Origin: a virus
IMG/VR virus record: IMGVR_UViG_2808606540_000001
Coordinates: 61,095 to 125,094 of that record
DNA: 64,000 nt
Direction: 5' to 3' (one strand)
A program made the position numbers and the translations under genes. Under the pieces are notes generated by a model that was given only the letters and a program-made list of their open reading frames with translations, did no database searches and was not told the DNA's origin. Position 1 is the first letter of the stretch. The number at the start of each line of letters is the position of its first letter. This document shows positions 38,884 through 48,166 of the stretch, one piece after another.

Positions 38884-40284
38884 TTGAGAAAATTGTTTTT
38901 AGACGATATACCCAAGCGTGGAAACAAATATAATTGGAAGAAAAGTATAGGTCACAAAATTAGATTTGTTTATGATGAGATTCAGGGTACGTTGGAAATC
39001 GTTAGTTATGATGGGAGAAAATTAAACATAAAGTTTAAAGGCAAAGAAAAGAAGATATTGACAGACATGTTGGTTAAATGTCAAATAGGTACTTTTGTAG
39101 GAGCAAGATCATCCAGACAGGAGGAATTCAAGTATAAAGTCGGAAACATTGTTGAAACAAGAACGGGTAATATCCTTATTAGAAAATGTTTTAGATCGGG
39201 TAATACCAATTCAAAAACATACGAATACGAATGTTTAAACTGCGGAAACAATGATAATATCTTTGAAGGCAATTTAAACAAAATGCAAGGATGTAACGTT
39301 TGTTGTAATCCATCGAAGAAAATTTTAATTGGTTATAATGATTTATGGACAACTCATCCTAATACTGCAAGTTTATTAAAATATAAAGAAATGGGCTATG
39401 AGTTATCTCATGGTAGCCATAAAAGACAAGATTTCATATGTCCAAATTGCTCTAACGAAGTTAAGAATAAACAAATACCGAACATAATCATATACGGATT
39501 GTCTTGCCCTAAGTGTTCTGATGGAGTAAGCTACCCTGAAAAGTTTATGTATAATGTTCTAAATCAATTAAATATAGAATTTGAACAACAAAAGATTTTT
39601 AGTTGGTTTGTAGGAAAAAGGTATGATTTTTATATCCCTAGTTTAAAATGTATTATTGAAATTCACGGAGAGCAACATTACGGAAAAGGTTTCTCGAAAT
39701 TAAACGGACTAACGCTGGAAGAAGTGAAGGAAAATGATAGACAGAAAGAATCTGTAGCTAAAAGCAACGGTATTGAATACTACATTAGCGTAGACTGCTC
39801 TAGGTCTGAATTTAAATTTGTTCAAAATAGTATTTTCAATCGATTAAATGACACATTGAAATTGGAAAAAGTAAATTGGCTTGAGTGTCACAAATATGCA
39901 TGTGGAACTCTAATTAAATCAGCCAGTGATTTATGGAACAGTGGAAAAAAGGTTTTAGATATAAAAGAAATAATGAAAGTAAACAGCGGTACAACAATAA
40001 TTAAGTATTTGAAACAAGCAAATGAATTAGGTTGGTGCAACTACGATCCTAGTAAGATCATGAAAGAGATTGGCAAAATTCCCAAAGACACGACACCTAG
40101 ACCTGTTGTTAGATTAAGTTTAAATGGAGAATTCATTGATGAATTTAATAGTAGAGGTCAAGCATCTAAAATACTCTCTATATATAAAAGTGGGATTCAA
40201 CAAGTTTGCGAGGGTAAAAGAGAACAAGTAAAAGGATTTAAATTTAAGTATAAAGAAGACTATGAAATGTGTTTAATAAAGTAA
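38884..40284 (+). CDS. Putative homing endonuclease (zinc ribbons + Vsr/DUF559-like nuclease + NUMOD1-like HTH)
   Basis: Multiple CxxC; RYDFYIP...IIEIHGEQHY...END..K; C-terminal F.S...A...L.I..SGIQQVC.GKR....GFKF. Confidence 0.7.
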   Translation: MRKLFLDDIPKRGNKYNWKKSIGHKIRFVYDEIQGTLEIVSYDGRKLNIKFKGKEKKILTDMLVKCQIGTFVGARSSRQEEFKYKVGNIVETRTGNILIRKCFRSGNTNSKTYEYECLNCGNNDNIFEGNLNKMQGCNVCCNPSKKILIGYNDLWTTHPNTASLLKYKEMGYELSHGSHKRQDFICPNCSNEVKNKQIPNIIIYGLSCPKCSDGVSYPEKFMYNVLNQLNIEFEQQKIFSWFVGKRYDFYIPSLKCIIEIHGEQHYGKGFSKLNGLTLEEVKENDRQKESVAKSNGIEYYISVDCSRSEFKFVQNSIFNRLNDTLKLEKVNWLECHKYACGTLIKSASDLWNSGKKVLDIKEIMKVNSGTTIIKYLKQANELGWCNYDPSKIMKEIGKIPKDTTPRPVVRLSLNGEFIDEFNSRGQASKILSIYKSGIQQVCEGKREQVKGFKFKYKEDYEMCLIK

Positions 40285-40306
40285 TTAAATATAATGGGGG
40301 AATTAA

Positions 40307-42901
40307 ATGTCTGAGTATAATAAGCAAGTATACATAATGAGTTTGGAAGCAAGTGACTTGTGGAGTCATATGTATCGAGGGACTATAATTGATCATGACT
40401 ACTGTGGGATGATTCCATATAGCCTAGAATTAATTAAACTAAAAAAAGAAGGCTTGCGAGTAAGATATATTAGTAGTAGAGATAAAGAAATTAGCAGCGA
40501 CATTATTAATGTTAAATTTAAGTCTAAAGTCAAGTCTGGAAATGAACTTAAAAAAATACTAACAAAGAAAAACAAAGATAATACGAATATAGATTATGCC
40601 AGTAAATTAGATGAATTTATTGAAATTATTAATAAAAATGAGTCTAATTTCAATTGGCAAGAAGTTAGTGTGGATGAATTAAGAAAACAGTTTTACACTG
40701 AAGGATTTAAAGTTAGAAACATAGTTAAGAGTACGGGTGAGATACGTGAAACAGAGTATGTGGTGTATAAAAGATCTTCTTCTAAAAGTAGAACTGGTCA
40801 ATGTCTTTTTATAAAAAAATCCCTTTACAATAAGATGATAAAATGGTCTAGAATGAGTTTACCTCTTAGAAAGGACATGGAAATTGATTTAGCTGGATTA
40901 TTGGCTTATGAATCTCTAGTCGGTTCTTCGTTAGAAGGTACAATAAAAATTGATCCCAATAGAATCTTGATTGTTGCCGATGTAGAAAGTAAGTTTAAAC
41001 AAGTATGTAATGTAGTTAGAAAAGGCGAAGATAAGTTCTTAGATAGTTTTAAAGAAGAGACTACTGTAACTAATTCACTGTTTGACGGGGAATCACTTTT
41101 AGATTCCAAATACTTTGATGATGGTACATCAATGAAACTGTTGAGAAATCATATGTTCAAATCTGCAGCGTTCAATTGTAATGTTAAGCAGTTTTTAATG
41201 GACAATTGTCCGGTTGGGATTAAGTATGATGAATGGCAACTTACAGATATGTTTGGAAATAATATTTTTGCAAAAGATATAGATTTCATTATTACGCCAA
41301 ATAGCTTAAAAGCATTAAAATTTAGCAAAGTAATTGGATCAGATAAAATAATGTGGGAATATTGGAAACAAAAAGTAAATGAAGATGGAAACATTTTTGG
41401 AATTTGTAAACATGAGAAACCATCTAAATTCGGCAGCGATTTATCCGGTAATGTTCTTCAGCAGACGTCATATCAGATGATCAATTGTCTCCCTTTAACA
41501 AAGGCAGATGTAGTCGAACTAACAAAGACAGAAAAAGATTACATTTTTAGATTGAAAAATGATGATGACTTCTTTATTGAGAAAATAAAAGAAGGTGCAA
41601 ATCTAATTAATAGTAATGAAATGTTATTGGCACTATATAACATCAATAATAAAATAATCAATACTAATATGTTCAGAAAGTTTCGTAAGGATTTCATTTT
41701 CGGTCACATGAATCATTCTAAAAAAGGAAAAATTAAATTAAACGGTGATTACTGTGTGATGTTAGGCAATCCAATGGAATATCTGAAACATGCAATAGGT
41801 CAATTTGATATACATAGTGAACCATCTTTAAAAGATAATGAGGTACATACAGGTTTGTTTAAGTTTAATAAGGAGCTTGTTGGATTTAGAAATCCGAATA
41901 CCTCCCCTAGCAACGTACTCATTGTTAAAAACATTAAAAATAATGATATCGATAAATATTTCAATCTAACTGATAACATAGTTTGTGTAAACGCAATCAA
42001 CTTTGCAATCCAAGATATTTTGAGTGGTGCAGACTATGATTCAGATACAGTACTATTGTTCGATGATCCTAAATTACTTCAACTAGGAAAAAAATGTTAT
42101 GGAAACTACCTAGTTTGTATCAATAACATAGAAGGACAGAAAAAGAAATATAGATTAAATAAAAACGACATGTACGACATAGATTGTCAACTCTCAACAA
42201 GTCAAAGAAACATTGGGAAAGTAGTGAACTTAGGTCAATTTTGTATGTCAGTTTATTGGGACTTATTGAATAAAGATGTACGCGGTGAAGAAGTGAACGA
42301 ATTATTAAAAAAAGTCGATGTCATGACTGTTCTTTCAGGAATTGCAATTGACATGGCAAAAAAGTTCTATGAAATTAACATCAGTGCAGAAATAAGAAAC
42401 GTTGAAAAAAATAAATTTTTAAAGGAAAGAAAAAACAAGCCAAATTTTTGGAAATATGTAAGCCAAAGTAAAACTATCAAAAATAGAATCGAACCATATG
42501 ATTGTCCTATGGATTATTTGATTAATGAATTGGATCAGCTTGACTATGCTGCATATAGAGAAAATGTTCACCTTGAAAGTTTCTTAATTGAGAAAGATAT
42601 TTCTAAAGCTAACTATAGGCAGTTTGATAAAGTGATTAACAAAATTACAGAAATGGATGACTTAATAAGGAGTGAGAATGCTAAATTTAAAGACAAAGAT
42701 GAAAAAAATACAAAAATAGAGGACATTACTTTAGACCTCCTAAACTATTTGAAGAAATTAAAAATTAATGAAGATACAATTTATATGATTATTAGATATA
42801 TCTCCGATACAGATAACAAATTATTATTACGAGTGCTCAATGTTTTATATCAATCACAAAAAGAAAAATTCTTAAAAACCTTTAAAAATGGGGATTTTTG
42901 A
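40307..42901 (+). CDS. yonO: Single-subunit two-barrel RNA polymerase (YonO family) for late transcription
   Basis: YKRSSSKSRTGQCLF, FDGESL, LRNHMFK, FRNP, LSGADYDSD catalytic motif; upstream of the structural cluster. Confidence 0.88.
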   Translation: MSEYNKQVYIMSLEASDLWSHMYRGTIIDHDYCGMIPYSLELIKLKKEGLRVRYISSRDKEISSDIINVKFKSKVKSGNELKKILTKKNKDNTNIDYASKLDEFIEIINKNESNFNWQEVSVDELRKQFYTEGFKVRNIVKSTGEIRETEYVVYKRSSSKSRTGQCLFIKKSLYNKMIKWSRMSLPLRKDMEIDLAGLLAYESLVGSSLEGTIKIDPNRILIVADVESKFKQVCNVVRKGEDKFLDSFKEETTVTNSLFDGESLLDSKYFDDGTSMKLLRNHMFKSAAFNCNVKQFLMDNCPVGIKYDEWQLTDMFGNNIFAKDIDFIITPNSLKALKFSKVIGSDKIMWEYWKQKVNEDGNIFGICKHEKPSKFGSDLSGNVLQQTSYQMINCLPLTKADVVELTKTEKDYIFRLKNDDDFFIEKIKEGANLINSNEMLLALYNINNKIINTNMFRKFRKDFIFGHMNHSKKGKIKLNGDYCVMLGNPMEYLKHAIGQFDIHSEPSLKDNEVHTGLFKFNKELVGFRNPNTSPSNVLIVKNIKNNDIDKYFNLTDNIVCVNAINFAIQDILSGADYDSDTVLLFDDPKLLQLGKKCYGNYLVCINNIEGQKKKYRLNKNDMYDIDCQLSTSQRNIGKVVNLGQFCMSVYWDLLNKDVRGEEVNELLKKVDVMTVLSGIAIDMAKKFYEINISAEIRNVEKNKFLKERKNKPNFWKYVSQSKTIKNRIEPYDCPMDYLINELDQLDYAAYRENVHLESFLIEKDISKANYRQFDKVINKITEMDDLIRSENAKFKDKDEKNTKIEDITLDLLNYLKKLKINEDTIYMIIRYISDTDNKLLLRVLNVLYQSQKEKFLKTFKNGDF

Positions 42902-43041
42902 ATGTTATTTTCAGAAAAAACGCCTAAAACCCTTGATATGACTGGGTTTTAAGTATCGACAATAGGAAAGGCTAAATAATTTAATGTACATAACTAATTT
43001 AATAATAAACAATAATAAGATATCAAGGAGGAGTTTTACAT

Positions 43042-43368
43042 ATGAAGAAAGCAGAATTTATTAAGTTTGCAGCAGAAAGACTAGAAACAACAGGTAAAGA
43101 GGCAACTGAAACACTAGACAAGGTATTCTCAATTGTTGAGGAAGCACTTGTTGAATTTGGAGAAGTACCACTTGGAGATATGGGCAAATTAACTGTTGCA
43201 GATCGTGCAGCAAGAAAAGGCATTAACCCTAAGCTACTTAAAGAGCTAAAAGAACAAGGTGTATCTGATGAAGATGCTAAACGTCAAGCCGAAGTGGATA
43301 TACAAGCATCAAGAGCACCTAAATTTAAGCCTTCCAAGGCAATTAAGACTAAACTTAATAATAAATAA
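43042..43368 (+). CDS. HU-like DNA-binding protein (YonN-like) with arm insertion
   Basis: MKKAEFI..., RAARKGINP, PKFKPSKAIK. Confidence 0.85.
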   Translation: MKKAEFIKFAAERLETTGKEATETLDKVFSIVEEALVEFGEVPLGDMGKLTVADRAARKGINPKLLKELKEQGVSDEDAKRQAEVDIQASRAPKFKPSKAIKTKLNNK

Positions 43369-43499
43369 TTACATATATGAGTAGGGCTAATCCCCTACTC
43401 TCTTTACTATATTATAAATATACACTAAAGACAGGTTATCAATACCCCTCGTTCTATTCCTGTCTTGGTAGAAACAAAAATAAATTAAGGGGATATTAA

Positions 43500-44720
43500 A
43501 TGACTGAAAAGTGGATTGCAGACACTAATGTACTTCTAAATAATCCTGAAGTGTTGGATGAGTATGATGTAATTATTCCTTCTCATGTAAACAGAGAAAT
43601 TGAACATCTTGAATTAACTCGTAAACAGGACAGAACATTACAATGGCAGATTAGAAGGTTTAAGAAAAAGTGTGATGAAAATAATAATGCTTACGTGAAT
43701 ATCAGGGATTATAAATTTACACTTGATGATGAACTTGATCCTCAATATACAGACAACATCTTACTACAAGTTGCACGTGATGAAGGTTACGGAATTATCA
43801 CTCATGACAGACTTCTAAGAAGAAAATGTCGCCAGTATGATATTCCTTTCAAGAACATTGAGCAATCAAATTTTATTGAACATAAAGGATTTGTAGAAAA
43901 GTTTATTTCTAAGGATGAGTTGAGTGACATTTACTTAAACTTAGGAGTCAACCAGTTTAACTTACAAATCAACGAATATATAGTACTTAATGATGAAACT
44001 GATGGAGAACTTTTAGATATTCTCAAGTGGAATGGGCAGCACCTTATTTCACTTAGAGATAAAAAAGGGAATTTAGGAAAAGGGTTTAAAACTTTCCAAT
44101 TTGGTAACTTTGTTCCCAGAGATGAGCACCAAATTATGGCTGTCGATAGCATTCTGACTAATCAACTTACTTCTATTAGAGGTAGAGCTGGTAGTGGTAA
44201 ATCTTTAGTGGCTCTCAATACAGCATGGTACCTTGTTGAAAAAGAAGGATATAAGTTAATTATTTTCTGTAATCCAGTACCTGTTTTGAATTCTCAGGAA
44301 TTAGGCTTTTACAAAGGTGATAGATTAGAAAAATTAATGCAGTCTGTCGGCACAATGTTGAAATCTAAGTTTGGGGATGAAGTTGAGATTATGCGTCAAA
44401 TCCAAGATGATAAGCTAGATATCCTTCCTATGGTTGACTTACGAGGTTACGATTCTGGAGGTCAGAAAACTATTGTTTGGATGATTGAAAGTCAGAATAT
44501 GACTGCCGAATTAATGAAACTCGGATTACAACGGATAGCCGAGGATACTAAGGTAATTGTAGATGGCGACTATCACCAACAGGTTGATAAAGATATCTAT
44601 GTAACTGACAACGGTATGAAGCGAATGAGCGAAGTATTCCGTGGAACTGAATTGTACGGTGAAGTTGAGCTTCAGAACGTGTGGAGATCCCGTCTAGCAG
44701 ATTTAGCAGACAAGATGTAA
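43500..44720 (+). CDS. PIN-PhoH family protein
   Basis: IADTNVLL PIN start; GRAGSGKS; LGFYKGD; LRG; GDYHQQVD. Confidence 0.88.
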   Translation: MTEKWIADTNVLLNNPEVLDEYDVIIPSHVNREIEHLELTRKQDRTLQWQIRRFKKKCDENNNAYVNIRDYKFTLDDELDPQYTDNILLQVARDEGYGIITHDRLLRRKCRQYDIPFKNIEQSNFIEHKGFVEKFISKDELSDIYLNLGVNQFNLQINEYIVLNDETDGELLDILKWNGQHLISLRDKKGNLGKGFKTFQFGNFVPRDEHQIMAVDSILTNQLTSIRGRAGSGKSLVALNTAWYLVEKEGYKLIIFCNPVPVLNSQELGFYKGDRLEKLMQSVGTMLKSKFGDEVEIMRQIQDDKLDILPMVDLRGYDSGGQKTIVWMIESQNMTAELMKLGLQRIAEDTKVIVDGDYHQQVDKDIYVTDNGMKRMSEVFRGTELYGEVELQNVWRSRLADLADKM

Positions 44721-44815
44721 TTGAAAGGTTGGTATGGCTAAAACTATACCTCAAGCAGCGTCCTACTCTCAAAACAAAATAAGTTATAAAAGGATTATAA
44801 GGAGGAGTTACACAT

Positions 44816-45013
44816 ATGGGCAAAAAATTCACAAAAACAATTAAAGCATTTCAAGAAAAAGGTTTGTACAACCCTGATACACAAGTTATCACAGGCTCCA
44901 AAGATGGCGAAGAAACAAATATTCTAGATGTTCTTGCTCTCCTTGCTAAAGATGGTCAGGAAATTTCCATTGCAGTAAAACAAGAAGACACAATCGAAGA
45001 TATTGAAGAATAG
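44816..45013 (+). CDS. YonK-like small protein
   Basis: 65 aa, position at the head of the SPbeta-type late cluster. Confidence 0.55.
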   Translation: MGKKFTKTIKAFQEKGLYNPDTQVITGSKDGEETNILDVLALLAKDGQEISIAVKQEDTIEDIEE

Positions 45014-45024
45014 GAAGTGATAGA

Positions 45025-46242
45025 GTGATAGATCCTATTCAAACAAAACGTCTTGATGATGAGAATCTTCTTGAATGGAAAATAAGGATTTGTAATAACA
45101 AGGATACATACTCCCTCACTTGGGATGAAATTAAAGACTTAATTAATTCCGAGACTGGTGAAAGCAATGGTGAGTCAGTCTACCGTAAATGGTGGTACTC
45201 ATTCTTTCAAGGTATGGAGTTTTCAAAACAACAATCAATCTCATCTGATGAAGCAATGGTTGAACTAGAACTTAAGAAGCTTCAGATTATGGAAGAGCAA
45301 AAGAAACTCCAATCTATTAAATCTGAATTCCACAAGATTTCTAGAGAGAATGGCAGACGTACTCTGTTCTTTGAGGAAGTTTCTAGGAAGATTGAAGAAG
45401 TTGGTACTCTCCCCTCACCTACTTTTGAAACGTTGCAAACAAACACTGAGTCTAAAGCAGGTATTCTAGGATTTGGCGATGAGCATTTCGGTAAAGAATT
45501 TGTGAGTCAAAATAATGAATATAACGAGAAGATTTATTTGGATCGGATGAGTAAACTTCTATCTGAAACTGTTTCAACAATTCAAAAGGAACAATTGGAT
45601 GAATTGACAGTCCTTAACGGAGCAGATTCAGTTGAAGGTATGGCATTAAGGGTTTCACAACTTACAGCTCTACAGTATGGATTTATAGACCAAGTAATTA
45701 AATATGCTCGGTATAAAGTTGAGTGGCTAAAAGAGTTATCCAAGCATGTGAAAATCAGATACATACATATCCCATCTGCAAATCATACTGAATTAAGATT
45801 ACATAATTCAAGTCGCTCGGAAATGCCTAAGGAAGATGTTGAGCGAATTATTGCAGTATATATTCATGATATGCTTAAAGATAATGAGCGTATTGATGTA
45901 CCTTTATGTGATGAAGGAATTGTTGATTTCGAGGTAAATGGATATAACTTTGCTGCATGTCATGGGCATCAGCTTAAAGGTAAAAAGAATGCACTGAAAG
46001 ACATCTCAATGATGAAGCGTAAGTTTTATGACTTCCTTTATGTCTCACACTTCCATCATGGGAGTAGCCTGACTGTTGGTGAAACTGACACTCACAATAT
46101 CGAAGTAGTTCAGCTACCTTCTATCATGGGATCAGATGAATACAGTGACTCATTGATGACTGGTGCTAAGTCTGGAGCTAACTTATCTATCTATGAAAAA
46201 GGTAAGGGTCGTACAATTTCTTATAATTTTATTTTAAACTAA
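45025..46242 (+). CDS. YonJ-like calcineurin-type metallophosphoesterase
   Basis: GDEHFG, ADSVEG, ANH, HGH, SHFHH motifs. Confidence 0.75.
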   Translation: MIDPIQTKRLDDENLLEWKIRICNNKDTYSLTWDEIKDLINSETGESNGESVYRKWWYSFFQGMEFSKQQSISSDEAMVELELKKLQIMEEQKKLQSIKSEFHKISRENGRRTLFFEEVSRKIEEVGTLPSPTFETLQTNTESKAGILGFGDEHFGKEFVSQNNEYNEKIYLDRMSKLLSETVSTIQKEQLDELTVLNGADSVEGMALRVSQLTALQYGFIDQVIKYARYKVEWLKELSKHVKIRYIHIPSANHTELRLHNSSRSEMPKEDVERIIAVYIHDMLKDNERIDVPLCDEGIVDFEVNGYNFAACHGHQLKGKKNALKDISMMKRKFYDFLYVSHFHHGSSLTVGETDTHNIEVVQLPSIMGSDEYSDSLMTGAKSGANLSIYEKGKGRTISYNFILN

Positions 46243-46268
46243 AATAATTAAATACCAAGGAGAATTAA

Positions 46269-46898
46269 ATGTCTAAGGTCATTCAATTTAAAAAAGAAGA
46301 AAATTGCCCAATCTGTGATTTGGTTTCAGAATTCATGGAAGACGTAGCTGAATCTGAATCACCAGAAGAATTATTCTCCTTACTAGCCGAACTAGCTTTG
46401 ATTTCTAACAACACGGGAACGGATGAAGGATTTGAACGAGGCTTTGATATTGGGCATAAAGTAGGCTATAAAGATGCTCTAGAGTCTGATATGGAAATTA
46501 AGAAGCAAATTATTGCCGACATCGAGGAAGAATTAGATAACGACACTGCTTGTGATTGTGACGAGTGTACTAAATAAACCATAACACATATTTGGTATGA
46601 TGAGTATTCATCCGATGCCTCTTTTGGAGGTTAAACAATGGAAGATAGCCCTAATGTAGTAATAGTGCCAACTCAAGAATCTGCGGAAGATATTATTGAA
46701 GATTACTGTGATATGATCCAATATAATTTAGATCACGGAATTCCGTTAGGAGAAGTTCTTGGGTATTTTTTCGATGATGTTTACAGGTGGTCGTCCAAGC
46801 AATTCCTCATTGACCAAGCAAAAGCCTGTTTGCAAGGACTAGAAGATATTCATTTATATGAGACAGATGATGAATTATTAATTGATGAAGAAGATTAA
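46269..46898 (+). CDS. Two acidic hypothetical proteins (46269-46577, 46638-46898)
   Basis: ORF track with RBS. Confidence 0.65.
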
Positions 46899-46964
46899 TT
46901 AATACAATACTTATTCTATAATAACACACTTCTCTTTCCAATTGAGGAGTGTGTTTTTTATTTA

Positions 46965-47044
46965 AGGAATTTTTGTATTGCCACTTTGGAAAAGGTTTCC
47001 CCCTCTCCCTTCCCTCCTTCTGAGGTGGTGATACAAAAATTCTT
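46965..47044 (+). promoter_or_regulatory. 27-bp RNA stem with pyrimidine-rich loop in the leader of the terminase operon
   Basis: 46965-46991 pairs fully with 47018-47044 when six G-U pairs are allowed. Confidence 0.7.
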
Positions 47045-47059
47045 TTTAATTTTAAGGCG

Positions 47060-48166
47060 GTGACCGAGATGGCAAGGAGTGTAAAAACAGATTCAGAAAT
47101 TCCACGGAAATCCTGTTTAAAGTGTGAGAAAGTAAAAGCAATGAATCGAGACTTCTATGTATCTGATTCACCAAATCACGCTGACAAGAGACATCCTATC
47201 TGTAAACAATGCGTAAAAGAAACATTACAATTAGATGATCCAATGAGTACTTTAAGTATAGATTCTGTAAAGAATGTCCTATTAGAGATGAATCGACCAT
47301 TCATACAAAGTTTATGGATAACTTCGGTTGAAGAATCAAATAAAACGGGAAAAGATTTGTTTGGTTTATATATGAAAAATGTCTTTCAAAACTTCAGAAG
47401 CTTAACTTGGAGAGAGAGTGAATTTGTTGAAAAAACAACAGGTTCTAATGCTGCTGAGACTAAGCAAATTGTAGTTGCTACTCCTCTACCTAAGTCGGAT
47501 GAAGTTTTAGAGGCAGAAAACAAAAACCGTGAAGATGTTCTCAGAATGATTGGGTATGACCCTTTCGAATATGAGAACTTGGAAGACAGAAGGCATCTTT
47601 ATAATAAGTTAGTTGATTTCCTTGATGAAAGTGCTTTGGAAGATGGATTTAAACTACAAGCTTGCATAGAGATTGTAAAAGGATTCAATCAAATAGATAG
47701 AATAAATATGGCAATAACCAGTTTGACAACAGACATTGATAAAATGTCTAACAGTTCCGGTGGTATTAAAACTTTAATTGATTCAAAGCAGAAAATATTA
47801 TCATCTCTGCTCAAGCTCGCTGAAGATAACGGGATTTCAGTTAAACACAATAATCAAAAAAGTAAAGGGGCAGGAACATTAACAGGAATCATCAAAACTC
47901 TTCAAGAAAAAGGTTTTGAGCAAGGTGAAGTCAACTTATTCGATATTGAAACTTCCCTCGGTATGAGACAGGTTGCTGATCTAAGCAATAAAAGCATCTT
48001 TGCTCAATTGCAATTTGATGAAAATGATTACACACAAATGATTCTAGAGCAAAGAGAAATCATTCAAGAATTAGAAGCCAAAGCATCGAAATTTGAAGAA
48101 GAGAACAGGCTATTGAAGAAGGAACTATTAAAGTATAGAAAGCAAGAAGGCGACAACAATGAATAA
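47060..48166 (+). CDS. YonG-like protein, putative small terminase
   Basis: N-terminal CxxC...CKQC; immediately upstream of and overlapping the large terminase. Confidence 0.6.
   Translation: MTEMARSVKTDSEIPRKSCLKCEKVKAMNRDFYVSDSPNHADKRHPICKQCVKETLQLDDPMSTLSIDSVKNVLLEMNRPFIQSLWITSVEESNKTGKDLFGLYMKNVFQNFRSLTWRESEFVEKTTGSNAAETKQIVVATPLPKSDEVLEAENKNREDVLRMIGYDPFEYENLEDRRHLYNKLVDFLDESALEDGFKLQACIEIVKGFNQIDRINMAITSLTTDIDKMSNSSGGIKTLIDSKQKILSSLLKLAEDNGISVKHNNQKSKGAGTLTGIIKTLQEKGFEQGEVNLFDIETSLGMRQVADLSNKSIFAQLQFDENDYTQMILEQREIIQELEAKASKFEEENRLLKKELLKYRKQEGDNNE

Noticed and set aside
38884..40284. Group I intron or intein in yonO
   Set aside because: The endonuclease-like ORF is free-standing upstream of an apparently intact yonO; no split gene seen.
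44720..44815. A further loop-RBS pseudoknot leader before the YonK-like gene
   Set aside because: Only a small hairpin is solid; outer stem and RBS complementarity are weak.
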